A stretch of DNA of 63,981 nucleotides, filler included, from Octopus bimaculoides (Eukaryota): NCBI RefSeq assembly GCF_001194135.2. It is 7 parts of 6 records of this genome, joined end to end, with 100 filler letters (N's around TTAATTAATTAA, not from the genome) between each part and the next. Parts side by side here need not be neighbours in the genome. Positions count along the whole stretch, not along the records: positions 1 to 21,561 come from NC_068988.1; positions 21,662 to 45,421 come from NC_068981.1; 5 more parts are not named here. One strand, 5' to 3'. Both the position numbers and the translations under genes were made by a program. Below the pieces are notes generated by a model, which ran no database searches, had not been told where the DNA came from, and was given only the letters and a program-made list of their open reading frames with translations. How positions within the stretch are numbered: the stretch's first letter is position 1; every line of letters starts with the position of its first letter. Positions 12,561-24,925 of this stretch are shown here, in pieces.

Positions 12561-13917
12561 TCATCTGCATTGCTTTCCTCTTTTCTCCTCTGTATCATTG
12601 CCGTTTACCATCATCGTCAACAACACCACTTACCTAACAACGCTTGTAGCCATCAATACACATATATACTGGAATATACATATGCATCAGATAGTTGCCT
12701 CTTACAAACACATTCAAGCATATGTTCACACGCACACACACGGAGTGTGGCTTCGATGTAATGGATGACATCATCTTCATAAATACCGTTCTCATCATCA
12801 GCGTTGTCTTTCCCACTCCTGTCATCGTCATGCCCATCATCATCACCATTGTCGTTATCACCACGACGACGACGACCACCACCACCGCCATCACCATCAC
12901 CACCNNNNNNNNNNNNNNNNNNNNNNNNNNNNNNNNNNNNNNNNNNNNNNNNNNNNNNNNNNNNNNNNNNNNNNNNNNNNNNNCCGCCACCACCACCACC
13001 ATCATCAGCACCAACATTGTCATTGTTGTTGTCATCAACAACAACATCAGCAAAAACAACAACAAAAGTAACACATGTCCAGTGTATATTTTCAACGTGC
13101 TGTCATAGGTTTTGGATGGGTATACTGTGTGGTTTGGATTAACCAACTGAATACCTTTCCTATAATCAAGCAGCGTTAAAGACAAGCTGTCTTTTTCTGT
13201 GTTTCTGTTGCCAGTTCCTCATGGACAACTGCTTCCAAACAACAGAGCCACTCCACAGTGAGAGTCATGGAAGTGGTCACAGTAACACTGTTTACTATTG
13301 TTTGTAGTGCGGTCAATGAAGAACATCAAACTGACAATGTCTTGTGGTTATTACTTCCGCTATATAAACGTGTTACATAAATAAACTTTTCAAATAATGT
13401 GATTCAAAAATATAATTACCCAAAACTCTAGCAGAAAATTACCAAAATTCCTATAGGATTTCAAATGAATAAATTTCCATAGTTCATTTGGTTTACATCC
13501 ATTATTTGATGCTAGCATGTTTTGGACCAATCTGTATCAGTGAGAGGTTGTTTTTTTTTTTTTTTTGGTTGAATACTCTTCTTATAATTAACTCTTAGTT
13601 GTTTTTGTTTTTTTTTAAATAAGGAATATTATTTTCTCCCACATCTGTTCAAAAGCATGGAACTTTTGAATGGAAGTGATGATTTCTTTTGATTGGAATG
13701 TCAATCTTCGTGTACGAAGCAAGGAATGTAAGTATTTATACAGACACATATTCACACAAACATACTTGCAAATAAGCATATCATCATCATCATCATCGTC
13801 GTCGTCGTCATCGTTGTCGTTGACATCATCATCATCACCATCATCATCATCGTCGTCATCACTATCTCCATCATCATTGTCGTCGCCGTCATTATCATCA
13901 CCAACATCATCATCATC

Positions 13918-14050
13918 ATTTAATGTCTATGTTCCAAGCTGGCATGAGTTGAACAGTTTGACAGGAACCAGTGTTTCCAAGGACTGCATTGTGCTCCAGT
14001 GCTTTGGCATGGTATGGTTTTTTTTTTTATGTCTGGATGCCCCACCTAAC
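13918..14050 (-). mobile_element. RTE-type 3' end fragment whose tail seeds the 13780-13920 CAT tract
   Basis: TTTAATGTC...CCAAGCTGGCATGAGTTG...TGGATGCCCCACCTAACAGCGACCAC. Confidence 0.7.
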
Positions 14051-14280
14051 AGCGACCACTTTACATCATGGAATAGGTATTTTTTCCAAGCCATACACAG
14101 TATTGTGATTGCCACGAAGTTCACAGAACTCAAGTCCTGGGGTAGGTGGCAGGTAATCTCCATGCTAAGGGATGAGATTACAATGTGAGAGGTGGAACAG
14201 AGCAGGTTCCTTAAGAGAATGTATGTGTATGGCTACTCATGCACATACATTCAAGTATATATGCATACATATGTATATAT

Positions 14281-14443
14281 GATGGGTTTCTATACAATTG
14301 CCATCTAGCAATTTTGCTTACAAGTCATTGACTAACCAATGGGCTACAGCAGAAGACATTTGCCCAAGGTGCCATGGTATGAGATAGAACTCAAGACCCA
14401 TGTTAACAAAGAAAATACTATAGCAACACAGCCATGCCTGTAC
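14281..14443 (-). mobile_element. SINE family A, strongly decayed
   Basis: GAAGACATTTGCCCAAGGTGCCA core and ACACAGCCATGCCTG head. Confidence 0.65.
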
Positions 14444-16615
14444 CTAGTATAAATGGTAGTCTTCTGGTAACTTCTGGTAAATTATAGCCTATACTCAAGA
14501 TCCAATATCCAGTTCTAGCAAATTCATTTACACAGGTAATGTTTGGGAGAGGCATGAATATTGCAGTTCACATTCTCCCATAACCTGCTGTTGAAAGATA
14601 TTATCACACATTCTCATAGATACATCTGATCACTTATTGTCAAGAGACTGGCTATGAATTGCATTTATGTTTAGGATAAATAATTGCTTTAGTTGTGGAA
14701 ACTTAATATTTTGCTGCTACTTACCATCTTTCTCTTTGTTGCTTGCACTATCTATCTTGTCCTCATACACGTACATGCAGTTCTTTCCCCTTCCCTTTTA
14801 TTCTATCAGTTGCTCACTCTCTATGCAATGATATGTGTGACTGTTAAACTGTTTGCACAGGAAGAGAAATAAATAGAGAAATAGAACTTCAATAATATTG
14901 AGAATTTTATGCTATGAACATGTTCAGGTTGCAGCTTATGTCAGAAGAGACATGCACAGCTACAGACAGATAAAGTCTCGTATATAACGTCTCAATATAG
15001 ATATAGATAGCAATAGATATACTAATTAAGATTGAAGTGTTTTTATACCCCGTTTCAAGCAGGTAGATTAGGCACCGCAATGGAGCAATAGGTTTTAGAT
15101 ATGAGGTAAGGAAATGACATGGAAGCATGGTAACATTAAATATATGGCTATTCATAGGAAAGAAAAAAAAAAATAATAATAAATGAATAAACTTAAAAAG
15201 GAAAAAAGAAAACTGAATTAAACTTTATTACCTTATATTCCTTTATCATTCTTATTCTTGGCAAACTCATTGCAACATTTTAAGTCATCAGCAATAAAAG
15301 TGAATAGTTTATGGCCGTGAATTCTTGCTGAAATGTTCCGATTGTAAAGTGAATAACATATTTGGGAATTTGCAATCTGATTCAGAATCACATTCCAAGA
15401 AGAGTTAATGTTCATTTTTGGTACCTGCTTCTCTTTTTACTTCAAATTTCCACTGCCGCTAATACATCCACCACCACAACCATCCAGACCGTCACCATCA
15501 CAAAAACTAAAAGCCAATACTAGTCGTACTACTACAACATTTCTTATCCTCAGAGCCACCAACAATGAGGAAAGCAAAACGTTACATGGACATTCAACAT
15601 GCTAGAAATAGCAGCTGAATCTCACTCAGCTGACACCCAACTTGTCTTATAAAGGAAATGAACAGTGGATTGTGTAATATAGTTCAGGTCTGAAAAAGAA
15701 GAATGGAATGTCTTTTATTATAGGTCTGCTTGGGGTTAAACAACATCACCTGCTGTGTATTAAAGACAATTACTTCTTCTCCTTTGCTACCATATCCTCC
15801 TCCTCCTCCTCATCATCATCATCATTGCCAGCAATAGCAGCCGCAGCATCAGCAGGACTTTTACAAGCATTTCTGCCATTGCTTCTGAAAAATCAATGCC
15901 AGCTATAACTACCACCATAACATCATTGTATAAACCACTACTACTACCACCACAACCACCACCACCACCACAACCACAACCACCACCACCACCACAACCA
16001 CTACCACCACCTCAGCATTACTGTATTTATTCTCAACCCACTTCTACTCACCTCATAACTTCCTGATTCACCCAGACACACTACCACTATTTCTAGCTCT
16101 TTCTAGCTCCAAAATTAACACTTTCACTCCTACTTCTAAAATATGAGCTGCCTTGTACCTCTTCTACAGTCAGAGACCTGTTTTTTGCTTTCTCTCTCTT
16201 ATACTTTTGCTCCTCGTTTCCTTACATAAAGGCATGTCTCTAGTGAGTCAAAAGTCTTGCAAACTGAATGGTAATTAAACTAGAACTGGTGCCATATAAA
16301 ATGCATCTAGTGCATACTGTAAAGTGGTTGGCACTAGGAAAGGCATCCAGCAGAGGAAAACATGCCACCAATAAGGAACAAACCATAGATGCAGGTAGAT
16401 TGACCAGACCAGCAATGTATGGGAACTCCAGTACAAATGTCACACCTAGAAATAATGACTTATCCAAAACCAACAACTAAGAAGAGGTATCTGCCATTCT
16501 CAATTCTACCACCTCAGATGAGGACCAAACATTCACCTTCAACACTGATGGGATGACCAGCCCCATTCCATATGTTACCAGGAATGCAAGTAAGGTCTCA
16601 CAATATGTTTATAAA

Positions 16616-16850
16616 TATATTGGTTCAATGAGTACTACATTCAAGAAATGTTTTCTTGACCACCAGTCATCCTTCAGAGTCCAAGAAAAACGGTTTGTCA
16701 TGTCTCTGGCTCACCATGTGTGACACCTCAAAGATCAAGGGACCCTGTGTGATATCAGAAGGAAATTAATTGATTTTTTGGACCTGTGTATTAATGGAAG
16801 TGGTCGTTGTAAGAGCTTACATTGCAGAGAGAACCAAAATTCTTAAAGAC
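16616..16850 (+). mobile_element. Penelope-like GIY-YIG endonuclease relic
   Basis: Translates to YIGSMSTTFKKCFLDHQSSFR...SLAHHV*HLKDQG...NGSGRC, homologous in layout to ORF 63315-63944. Confidence 0.75.
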
Positions 16851-17229
16851 TATAAGAAGCATTAAACAGCTATAAAGAAGTGTTTTCTAAATGTATCTAC
16901 TTCAAGCACTACTTATGAGAAAATTGGATCTCCCCATTTGCTCATTAAGCCTCTCTGAGTCTATAAAGGGTTCTCCCCACTCTGATTAAGGGGAAATAAA
17001 CCATTCTCATTAACGTTTTTTATATATTCCTGAAGTTCTGAACTTTTCCTCATGTCTGCCACAAATATTTTAAAATTTTGTATTCATATAGAATCTGACG
17101 AGCTGTCCACAAGGCTTTGGCTTTGTGTGTGTGAAACCTTGGGTAACTCTATATAAAATTTTGTTGTAATAATTACTGCTCTGCTTTTTAGAGTGTGCAT
17201 CTTTCTGTTATATGCTGTTTTAGTAACTC

Positions 17230-17568
17230 AGGAAGACCTGGGCTGAGGTGGTGAGGCAAGACCTTCGTACATTGGGCCTCACCGAGGCGATGACTACTGA
17301 CCGAGACCTTTGGAAATGTGCTGTGCGTGAGAAGACCCGGCAAGCCAAGTAAGATCGTTGCCAGTGCCCCTGGACTGGTTCTTGTGCGGGTGGCACATGA
17401 GATGCACCATTTTGAGCGTGGCCGTTGCCAGTACCGCCTGACTGGCTCCTGTAGGATTTTCGAGCGAGATCGTTGCCAGTGCCCCTGGACTGGCTTGTGC
17501 GGGTGGCACATAAAAGACACCATTTCGAGCGTGGCCGTTTTCGTGCGGGTGACACGTAAAAGCACCCA
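17230..17568 (+). mobile_element. RTE-clade LINE: ORF C-terminus plus 3' UTR with internal repeats, running into a gap
   Basis: RKTWAEVVRQDLRTLGLTEAMTTDRDLWKCAVREKTRQAK* (17230-17352) fits the RTE C-terminal GRPRKTW..DR..W signature. CpGs are retained. Confidence 0.85.
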
Positions 17569-19557
17569 NNNNNNNNNNNNNNNNNNNNNNNNNNNNNNNN
17601 NNNNNNNNNNNNNNNNNNNNNNNNNNNNNNNNNNNNNNNNNNNNNNNNNNNNNNNNNNNNNNNNNNNNNNNNNNNNNNNNNNNNNNNNNNNNNNNNNNNN
17701 NNNNNNNNNNNNNNNNNNNNNNNNNNNNNNNNNNNNNNNNNNNNNNNNNNNNNNNNNNNNNNNNNNNNNNNNNNNNNNNNNNNNNNNNNNNNNNNNNNNN
17801 NNNNNNNNNNNNNNNNNNNNNNNNNNNNNNNNNNNNNNNNNNNNNNNNNNNNNNNNNNNNNNNNNNNNNNNNNNNNNNNNNNNNNNNNNNNNNNNNNNNN
17901 NNNNNNNNNNNNNNNNNNNNNNNNNNNNNNNNNNNNNNNNNNNNNNNNNNNNNNNNNNNNNNNNNNNNNNNNNNNNNNNNNNNNNNNNNNNNNNNNNNNN
18001 NNNNNNNNNNNNNNNNNNNNNNNNNNNNNNNNNNNNNNNNNNNNNNNNNNNNNNNNNNNNNNNNNNNNNNNNNNNNNNNNNNNNNNNNNNNNNNNNNNNN
18101 NNNNNNNNNNNNNNNNNNNNNNNNNNNNNNNNNNNNNNNNNNNNNNNNNNNNNNNNNNNNNNNNNNNNNNNNNNNNNNNNNNNNNNNNNNNNNNNNNNNN
18201 NNNNNNNNNNNNNNNNNNNNNNNNNNNNNNNNNNNNNNNNNNNNNNNNNNNNNNNNNNNNNNNNNNNATATATATATATATATATATATATACAGAGAGA
18301 GAGAAAGAGAGAGAGATAATCATCATGTTTTTAATGTCTTCAATGCTTGCATGGGTGAGATAGAATTTCTTGTTGAGGTAGAATTTCTGCAGCCAGATGA
18401 TTGCAGGATGAACTTATGTAATAAAACCTTGATTTGAACTTATCTTTAGAATTATTATTGTGATGTTTCTTTTTAACTAACTAATGTGGAATGTTTGAGG
18501 TAAACTTGATTTCATACACAACTGTTTTCACATTGCAAACTCAATCCAATATAGTAATGTCTCAGCAAATTGATGCTTGCATGCTGTTTTTATCTTAGAT
18601 TAGCTTGAACACTGGATGATGTGGAGTTCCTCTGAAATACAAAGATAGCAGCACCTGATTAATTTTTAACCACCTTTGCTTTGTCTAACATTGCACAAAA
18701 AGTTCTGATGTACTTTCTATTTCCAAATATGCTTTGAAAATGCTGTGCTCCTTTCTATGTGGCAATGATAGAATGAATGATAGTGGTGGTGTAGGGTTGT
18801 TTCTATGTGAAGCTCTTACCTGATTTGAACCGTTGACTTCTGGCCATATTAGATTCTAATATTACAAAGTAAATAACTCAAAAAATATACAAATGTATAT
18901 ATGCATGTGAGAGTGTGTATGTGTGTGTGTGTGTGCAATGATGTATGTGTGCATGTGTGTGTGTTTGCGTGTGTGCCTAATGTTATATGTGTAAATAATA
19001 AACACTTATATGCAAGCATATATATATATGTATAGCTCATGCAAAATATAAATACATTCATGCTAATACACACACACACACACACACATATATATATGCA
19101 TACACATGTGTGTGTATATGTATATATCAACACACACATACACATGAAAAATCCCTCACACACACTTTTATCATTGTTATTCTAAGCTCCTGTAACATTC
19201 ATACGTACATACATCTATCAAGCATGCATGTTATGGCTGGCCTTTCTGATCTTAATGGTAGTCAATCTACTGCCACCACGGTCACATATTACTCTCCATC
19301 ACATTCTACACACATCATATGCATGCTTGACAAATATAAAAATCTATTGTCGACCCTACCTTCACCCACCTCTAGGTGATTAACATGTCAGAGCAGCTAA
19401 CCAATCATATCACATCAAGAACCACCGAAGTGATAACTTTAATACCAACTCCTTGCACTACTTCTCTTGCCTGTCTGTCTGCTTACCGCCCAGCCTACTC
19501 CCTCTCTCTCCTTCTCTTCCTTGCCTCTCTCTTTCTCTCTGTCTCTCTGTCTCTCTG

Positions 19558-19600
<43 letters not shown>

Positions 19601-20863
19601 TTACTCTGTCCCCTCTGTAATTCTTGGTATATTGCTAAAGAAGCAAATTATTTATTAGTTTTGAGGGATTTTTTATAATTTTCTTTTTTAACCTCTCGCA
19701 AGAAAATCAAAGAAAAACATACAAGAAATAAAAATAACATTACTACCACCACCACCAATAATAATAACAACAATGACAATAATAATAATAGTAATAATAA
19801 TTATAGTAATAATAGTAAAAATATGCTGCATGAGAAATGCCAAAACCTAGAAAAAAAAAATCTCTGCCTTCATGCAAAGCCATTCCAGACACAAACAAAA
19901 ACTGAACATTCTTCTTCCCCTGCAGCGCCTTCTTTGACCAATTAACTTGCCTCTCCCCATTCCTCTCATCCAGCAGCTCTCTGACATAGTTTGGCACACT
20001 TTAATACCAGGGTGTTTAATTGCTTTCCATTCTGCGATGTCAGCCTTTGCAAGATTACCTTATGACTCTCTGATTCCCAAGAGGTCCGAACTTTAAATTG
20101 ATCCATCTCATGCTAATAACATTATAGGCTACAGGCAACTCAGACTCACCTACATACATCTACACACACACTTACACGCACACACACACACACTTGCACG
20201 CACACACACACACACTCACACACACACATACACACATATATACACACACGCATGCATCTCCACACACATACATGCACATACACACACTTGTACATATTCT
20301 ACTCTCCACCACCCTCTATCTGCCTTTATCTCTTTAAGTTTCTCTGTCCCTTTTTTTTCACTCTGTCCTCCTTAATCTATTTACCTCATACTCTCCCTGT
20401 AATTCTGCTTTTCTTCCTTTCCATTTTACCTCACCCTTTCTTCTCTCCTTAAATCGCTCCCTCTTTCTCTCTCTTTCTCTCTAATCCTCACACTTTCATA
20501 ATTTATCTACATATCTATGCTTCGTATATAATTCCCTTTATATCTGTCTCCCTCACTGTCTACCTATCTATCCCTATCTTTCAATCTATCCCTTTGTGTA
20601 GCTAACTAGCCAGCAAGCTTGCTAACTTTCCATCATGTAACCATATTGCTACATATCTATTCGTTAATACATTTAGCTATCAATATATCCTAGCTATCTA
20701 TGATTATCATCTTTATCTTTGTTACTATCTACCTTTCAGTGCATGTATCAATTGCCATCCCTTTATCAATCCAACTATTTCTCTCCACCAATCCCAGTAT
20801 CTATCTGACTGTCTGTCTGTTTATCTATCTATCAGTCTGTCTTTCTGTCCTTTTATCTATCTG

Positions 20864-20899
<36 letters not shown>

Positions 20900-20918
20900 G
20901 TTTGTTAGCTTCACTTAC

Positions 20919-20961
20919 CCTATTCCCCTCCCTAAAACAGCTTCCAGTTCCAAATTAACCT
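20919..20961 (-). CDS. Candidate 43-nt internal exon (VNLELEAVLGRGI), unverified
   Basis: Acceptor TATTTTTCACCCAACTTCTGTCATACAG and donor GG|GTAAGT on the minus strand, with an open frame. No homology recognised. Confidence 0.25.
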
Positions 20962-21522
20962 CTGTATGACAGAAGTTGGGTGAAAAATAATGCAATCTCC
21001 GATAGAGCATACCCTTCGTCACAAGGTCTGCTGACCTAATCATTTCTCTCCAATCGAAACTCATATTTTGCTGAACTTCCACCACACTTCTTCCCTTCAC
21101 ACACATAGACAGATTATCTCCCTTTCTTTCTAACTATCCTCTTTCTCTTACAGATCAAATACATCCCAAAGAAATAAAAAATAACCAAAAAAAACAGACT
21201 GTTCCCTGTACCCTCCCTTGAAATCTATTGTTTTATAAATGCTGAAGAAGTGGGTGGGATAGAAGGTCTGCAAAGTGTAAGGAATGGTATTTTTTTTGTT
21301 TTTATGTTGCGTATTTATGCATTTATATGGAGGAGGGTATGTTGTGAGGGGAGAAATAAAGTGCAATTGTTCTCTTTACCGTATTACGGAAATGTCTGAT
21401 TACATAAACATGTATGCATACACATATGTAAAATACATGCATACACTCACACTCATTTACAGACATATATGCACACACATACATATTTATGTACTCAAAT
21501 ATACATACACACACATATCAAC

Positions 21523-21561
<39 letters not shown>

Positions 21562-21605
21562 NNNNNNNNNNNNNNNNNNNNNNNNNNNNNNNNNNNNNNN
21601 NNNNN

Positions 21606-21617
21606 TTAATTAATTAA
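21606..21617. other. Assembly gap linker TTAATTAATTAA inside a 44N+12+44N placeholder
   Basis: Identical 12-mer within N runs also at 45466, 49451, 54401, 60779 and 62655. It gives stops in all six frames. Confidence 0.95.
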
Positions 21618-21661
21618 NNNNNNNNNNNNNNNNNNNNNNNNNNNNNNNNNNNNNNNNNNNN

Positions 21662-21990
21662 AAAAGAAATGGGAAAACTTTCAAAATACAAAGACATGGA
21701 AATAGAGGTAACTCGAATGTGGAATCTAAAAACAGAAACAATTCCTATCATAGTAGGTGCCTTAGGTATAATAAAAAAATATTCAGACAAATACATAACA
21801 AAATCACCAGGACTTACAAATATATATAACATACAGAAAATTGCACTACTGGGTACTGCACACATTCTACGCAAAACACCTTCAATACAGTAAACATAAG
21901 AGCACCACAGCAAACCACAGCACATACCCAAGGCGCACAGAGCTGCGCTCGGTAGTGAAGTGAAAGCACGTTATAAAAATAAAACTACTG
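21662..21990 (+). mobile_element. 3' end of an RLE-type non-LTR retrotransposon (R4/Dong-like), young copy
   Basis: ORF 21669-21893 KLSKYKDMEIEVTRMWNLKTETIPIIVGALG...IQKIALLGTAHILRKT is the RLE C-terminus. The short 3' UTR ends ACTACTG followed by an AAT-type tract. Confidence 0.85.
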
Positions 21991-22019
21991 AACAATAATA
22001 ATAAGAAGAACAACAACAT

Positions 22020-22170
22020 CGAAAAATGTCTTGGGAATGAGAACCCAGTTTCGAAATTTCCCCAAGACACCTGATGAATACTGGAGGGTATATCAATCGA
22101 AACGGTGTGCTAACAACAAACAAGATGAAGACAAATATGTGTCAATTGTAAATAATGTAAATAATGTACA
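22020..22170 (+). mobile_element. Penelope-type terminal fragment with a degenerate minimal hammerhead motif (22067-22110)
   Basis: ACAC-CTGATGA-[stem II, decayed]-GAAAC-GGT-GTG. Confidence 0.5.
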
Positions 22171-23884
22171 TAATTCCTCATCTCTTAAATATAGTAGTGT
22201 CTTATGCTATGCCATTTGTATTTAAATTCTCAATGGAAACAATATAATTATAGCTCTAAATTGTCAAAATGACACTCGTCTTCATAAAGAGGATAATCAA
22301 ACCAGTTTGATAAACAATGAGACATCGTTAATACCATGATAATGATAATAAAGTAACAGTTAGTGTCAGAAAGCAATGTGAATGTTACTAAATTATTAAA
22401 TACGATAGCGTTATTATAGAATATTTAATGATATGCAGAAAATTTAATTTCCCATTTTAGTTTTATTGAGAAAAAAACAATAGAAAATCATTTTCGTTAT
22501 TTATTTTTAATTATTATTTTTCTATACAGCTGAGAGAGTACTCGATTTTGATTTGTTAAAAAAATTTAATATTACAAAAAATTATTTACAATTATTTGAA
22601 AGCTATATGCGGTATGTTTCAGTATTGTATAATTTTTTTCAATCTTAAAATCATTAAAGAGAAAGGAGGATAAAAGTATTTGTAAATATTTCATTAATGA
22701 CTTTATATTTATTCGTTAAAATTCTTCTGACACAGTCTTAAATGTCAGTGTGTTATATTCAAATGAATATTTCTGAACAGTTAAATCGCTCTCAGGTCAA
22801 TGTATGCCTTAAATGTAGAATACCTCTGGAAAATTTAGTACGAATTATTAAGGTGGAAAGATTGCAGTAAATTCGGTATGATTGTTACTGGTAATAAACT
22901 TCAAAAGACGGGATCAAGCATATATTCATCTATCAAAGCGATTGCTTCTAATATTCTAGTGTGAAATGAATCTTTATATATAGGGTGTCCCCATTTCAAT
23001 ATCAGAACAATTTAGCGTGTATTTTCCCCTGGAACAAGCACATCATATTTGTAAAAAAATAACGAGAGGGAGAGAGATGAAGAGAGAGAGCTACGAAGCT
23101 GTCGATCAATGGGCGTTAATCGAAATAGGCTGGCCTCTGTATGTGTGGTAATCACACTTCAAAGCTTTAACAATGGTCGTAGTTACTGGTGCAGAAAAGA
23201 ATCCATCACAACTTTCATTGTTGTAATAGCAGACAAGAATCTTATAGACCTTGGAATAACATGCAGTCACATGCATTATTTCGGCTGCATTGCAAATCAT
23301 AACTTGCACATCTAAGACCAGATGATATAGGTATCTTTACAATTCATCCGACACCCCCCCCCCACGTGTCATCCGTTTACTACAGATATAATGTTCATGT
23401 CGTATCACAACACTACGACAAAACTATTTTACCTCAACGGGCCCTGCTCTCTTCGTGCCAGCTCACATAACGGAGGAAAGTGATTTTACGACAGTCAAAC
23501 GGTGGTCCCTAGATGACAAACCACCCACACTCGGATATGTCTCTGAAAACAATAACTCTATGCTCGAATGGACTATGCTTCCCAAGATCTGTCTGTGTAT
23601 CTCTTTCAGGTGCTCTTTTTCCTGTGTGTCTATAGACGCGTACATGGAACTTTATATGCGCGCTTGTGGATGTGTGCGTGTGTGCGGGTACGTGCGCATA
23701 TATATGTATGTGCGTGCATGCGAGAATATGCGCATATAGACGCATTTAACCCTTATAGCTTTTTCACGCTTTTTTCTGTATTTTGCTTTTAGCCCTGGTA
23801 CTTTTTGCGTGCGTGTGTATGGGTGGAAGGGTGTTGCACGCATGTGTGTGTGGGTGTGTATGCGGATATACCTGTGTAAGCGGG

Positions 23885-23915
<31 letters not shown>

Positions 23916-24560
23916 ATATTANNNNNNNNNNNNNNNNNNNNNNNNNNNNNNNNNNNNNNNNNNNNNNNNNNNNNNNNNNNNNNNNNNNNNNNNNNNNNNN
24001 NNNNNNNNNNNNNNNNNNNNNNNNNNNNNNNNNNNNNNNNNNNNNNNNNNNNNNNNNNNNNNNNNNNNNNNNNNNNNNNNNNNNNNNNNNNNNNNNNNNN
24101 NNNNNNNNNNNNNNNNNNNNNNNNNNNNNNNNNNNNNNNNNNNNNNNNNNNNNNNNNNNNNNNNNNNNNNNNNNNNNNNNNNNNNNNNNNNNNNNNNNNN
24201 NNNNNNNNNNNNNNNNNNNNNNNNNNNNNNNNNNNNNNNNNNNNNNNNNNNNNNNNNNNNNNNNNNNNNNNNNNNNNNNNNNNNNNNNNNNNNNNNNNNN
24301 NNNNNNNNNNNNNNNNNNNNNNNNNNNNNNNNNNNNNNNNNNNNNNNNNNNNNNNNNNNNNNNNNNNNNNNNNNNNNNNNNNNNNNNNNNNNNNNNNNNN
24401 NNNNNNNNNNNNNNNNNNNNNNNNNNNNNNNNNNNNNNNNNNNNNNNNNNNNNNNNNNNNNNNNNNNNNNNNNNNNNNNNNNNNNNNNNNNNNNNNNNNN
24501 NNNNNNNNNNNNNNNNNNNNNNNNNNNNNNNNNNNNNNNNNNNNNNNNNNNNNNNNNNNN

Positions 24561-24602
<42 letters not shown>

Positions 24603-24689
24603 TGGCGAATGTGTGGGTGAATATGTGTGTGTTTCAAGCGAGGGTGGTTGAGTATATACATATAGGCGCATGTACGGATTGTTGCACTT

Positions 24690-24925
24690 ACACGAATACT
24701 ATGGACTCTTTTACTCCATTACCTTTAATACCTCCCCTTACTTAGCGGTCCATAGCTCTTTTGTCTTAATAACGGTCAACCACACAGTAATTTCCCTTTG
24801 TTTAACGGTCATTTTCATAGGAATTTTCAAAGGACAGATAACTGAAGAGATGGCAGCGTGCGTTTCCGCTCCGGCATCCGAAATTTCGGAGTTTTATCAT
24901 GGCTACCGAATAAGTGTCACTTAAT
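24690..24925. mobile_element. Fragment of the DNA-transposon family seen at 7296-7455
   Basis: The reverse complement GTGACACTTATTCGGTAGCCATGATAAAACTCCGAAATTTCGGATGCCGGAGCGG aligns with 7309-7365. Confidence 0.7.

Noticed and set aside
14488-14535. Possible 48-nt plus-strand exon (YTQDPISSSSKFIYT)
   Set aside because: Weak acceptor and no homology; cannot be distinguished from chance.
15233-15415. Minus ORF ending in a stop followed by AATAAA, resembling a terminal exon
   Set aside because: No recognisable domain, and AATAAA is frequent in AT-rich DNA.
17093-17140. CTGACGA...GAAAC downstream of a PLE relic; similar weak cases at about 32205-32235, 45997-46035, 56380-56395 and 62728-62765
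   Set aside because: Stem II or the cleavage triplet cannot be formed convincingly.
17353-17540. Repeat-spacer-like pattern suggestive of CRISPR
   Set aside because: Eukaryotic LINE 3' UTR; the intervening segments are themselves repeated and there are no cas genes.
21562-21661. Recurring palindrome TTAATTAATTAA at six positions
   Set aside because: Always embedded in a 100-bp N placeholder; an assembly linker, not biological.
23435-23546. Splice-flanked minus-strand segment near the CpG boundary
   Set aside because: Stops in all three frames; it could only be a non-coding exon, which sequence alone cannot support.
24849-24924. ATG-initiated MAACVSAP frame and 14-bp palindrome TCCGAAATTTCGGA
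   Set aside because: Lies within the terminal region of the transposon family also seen at 7296-7455.
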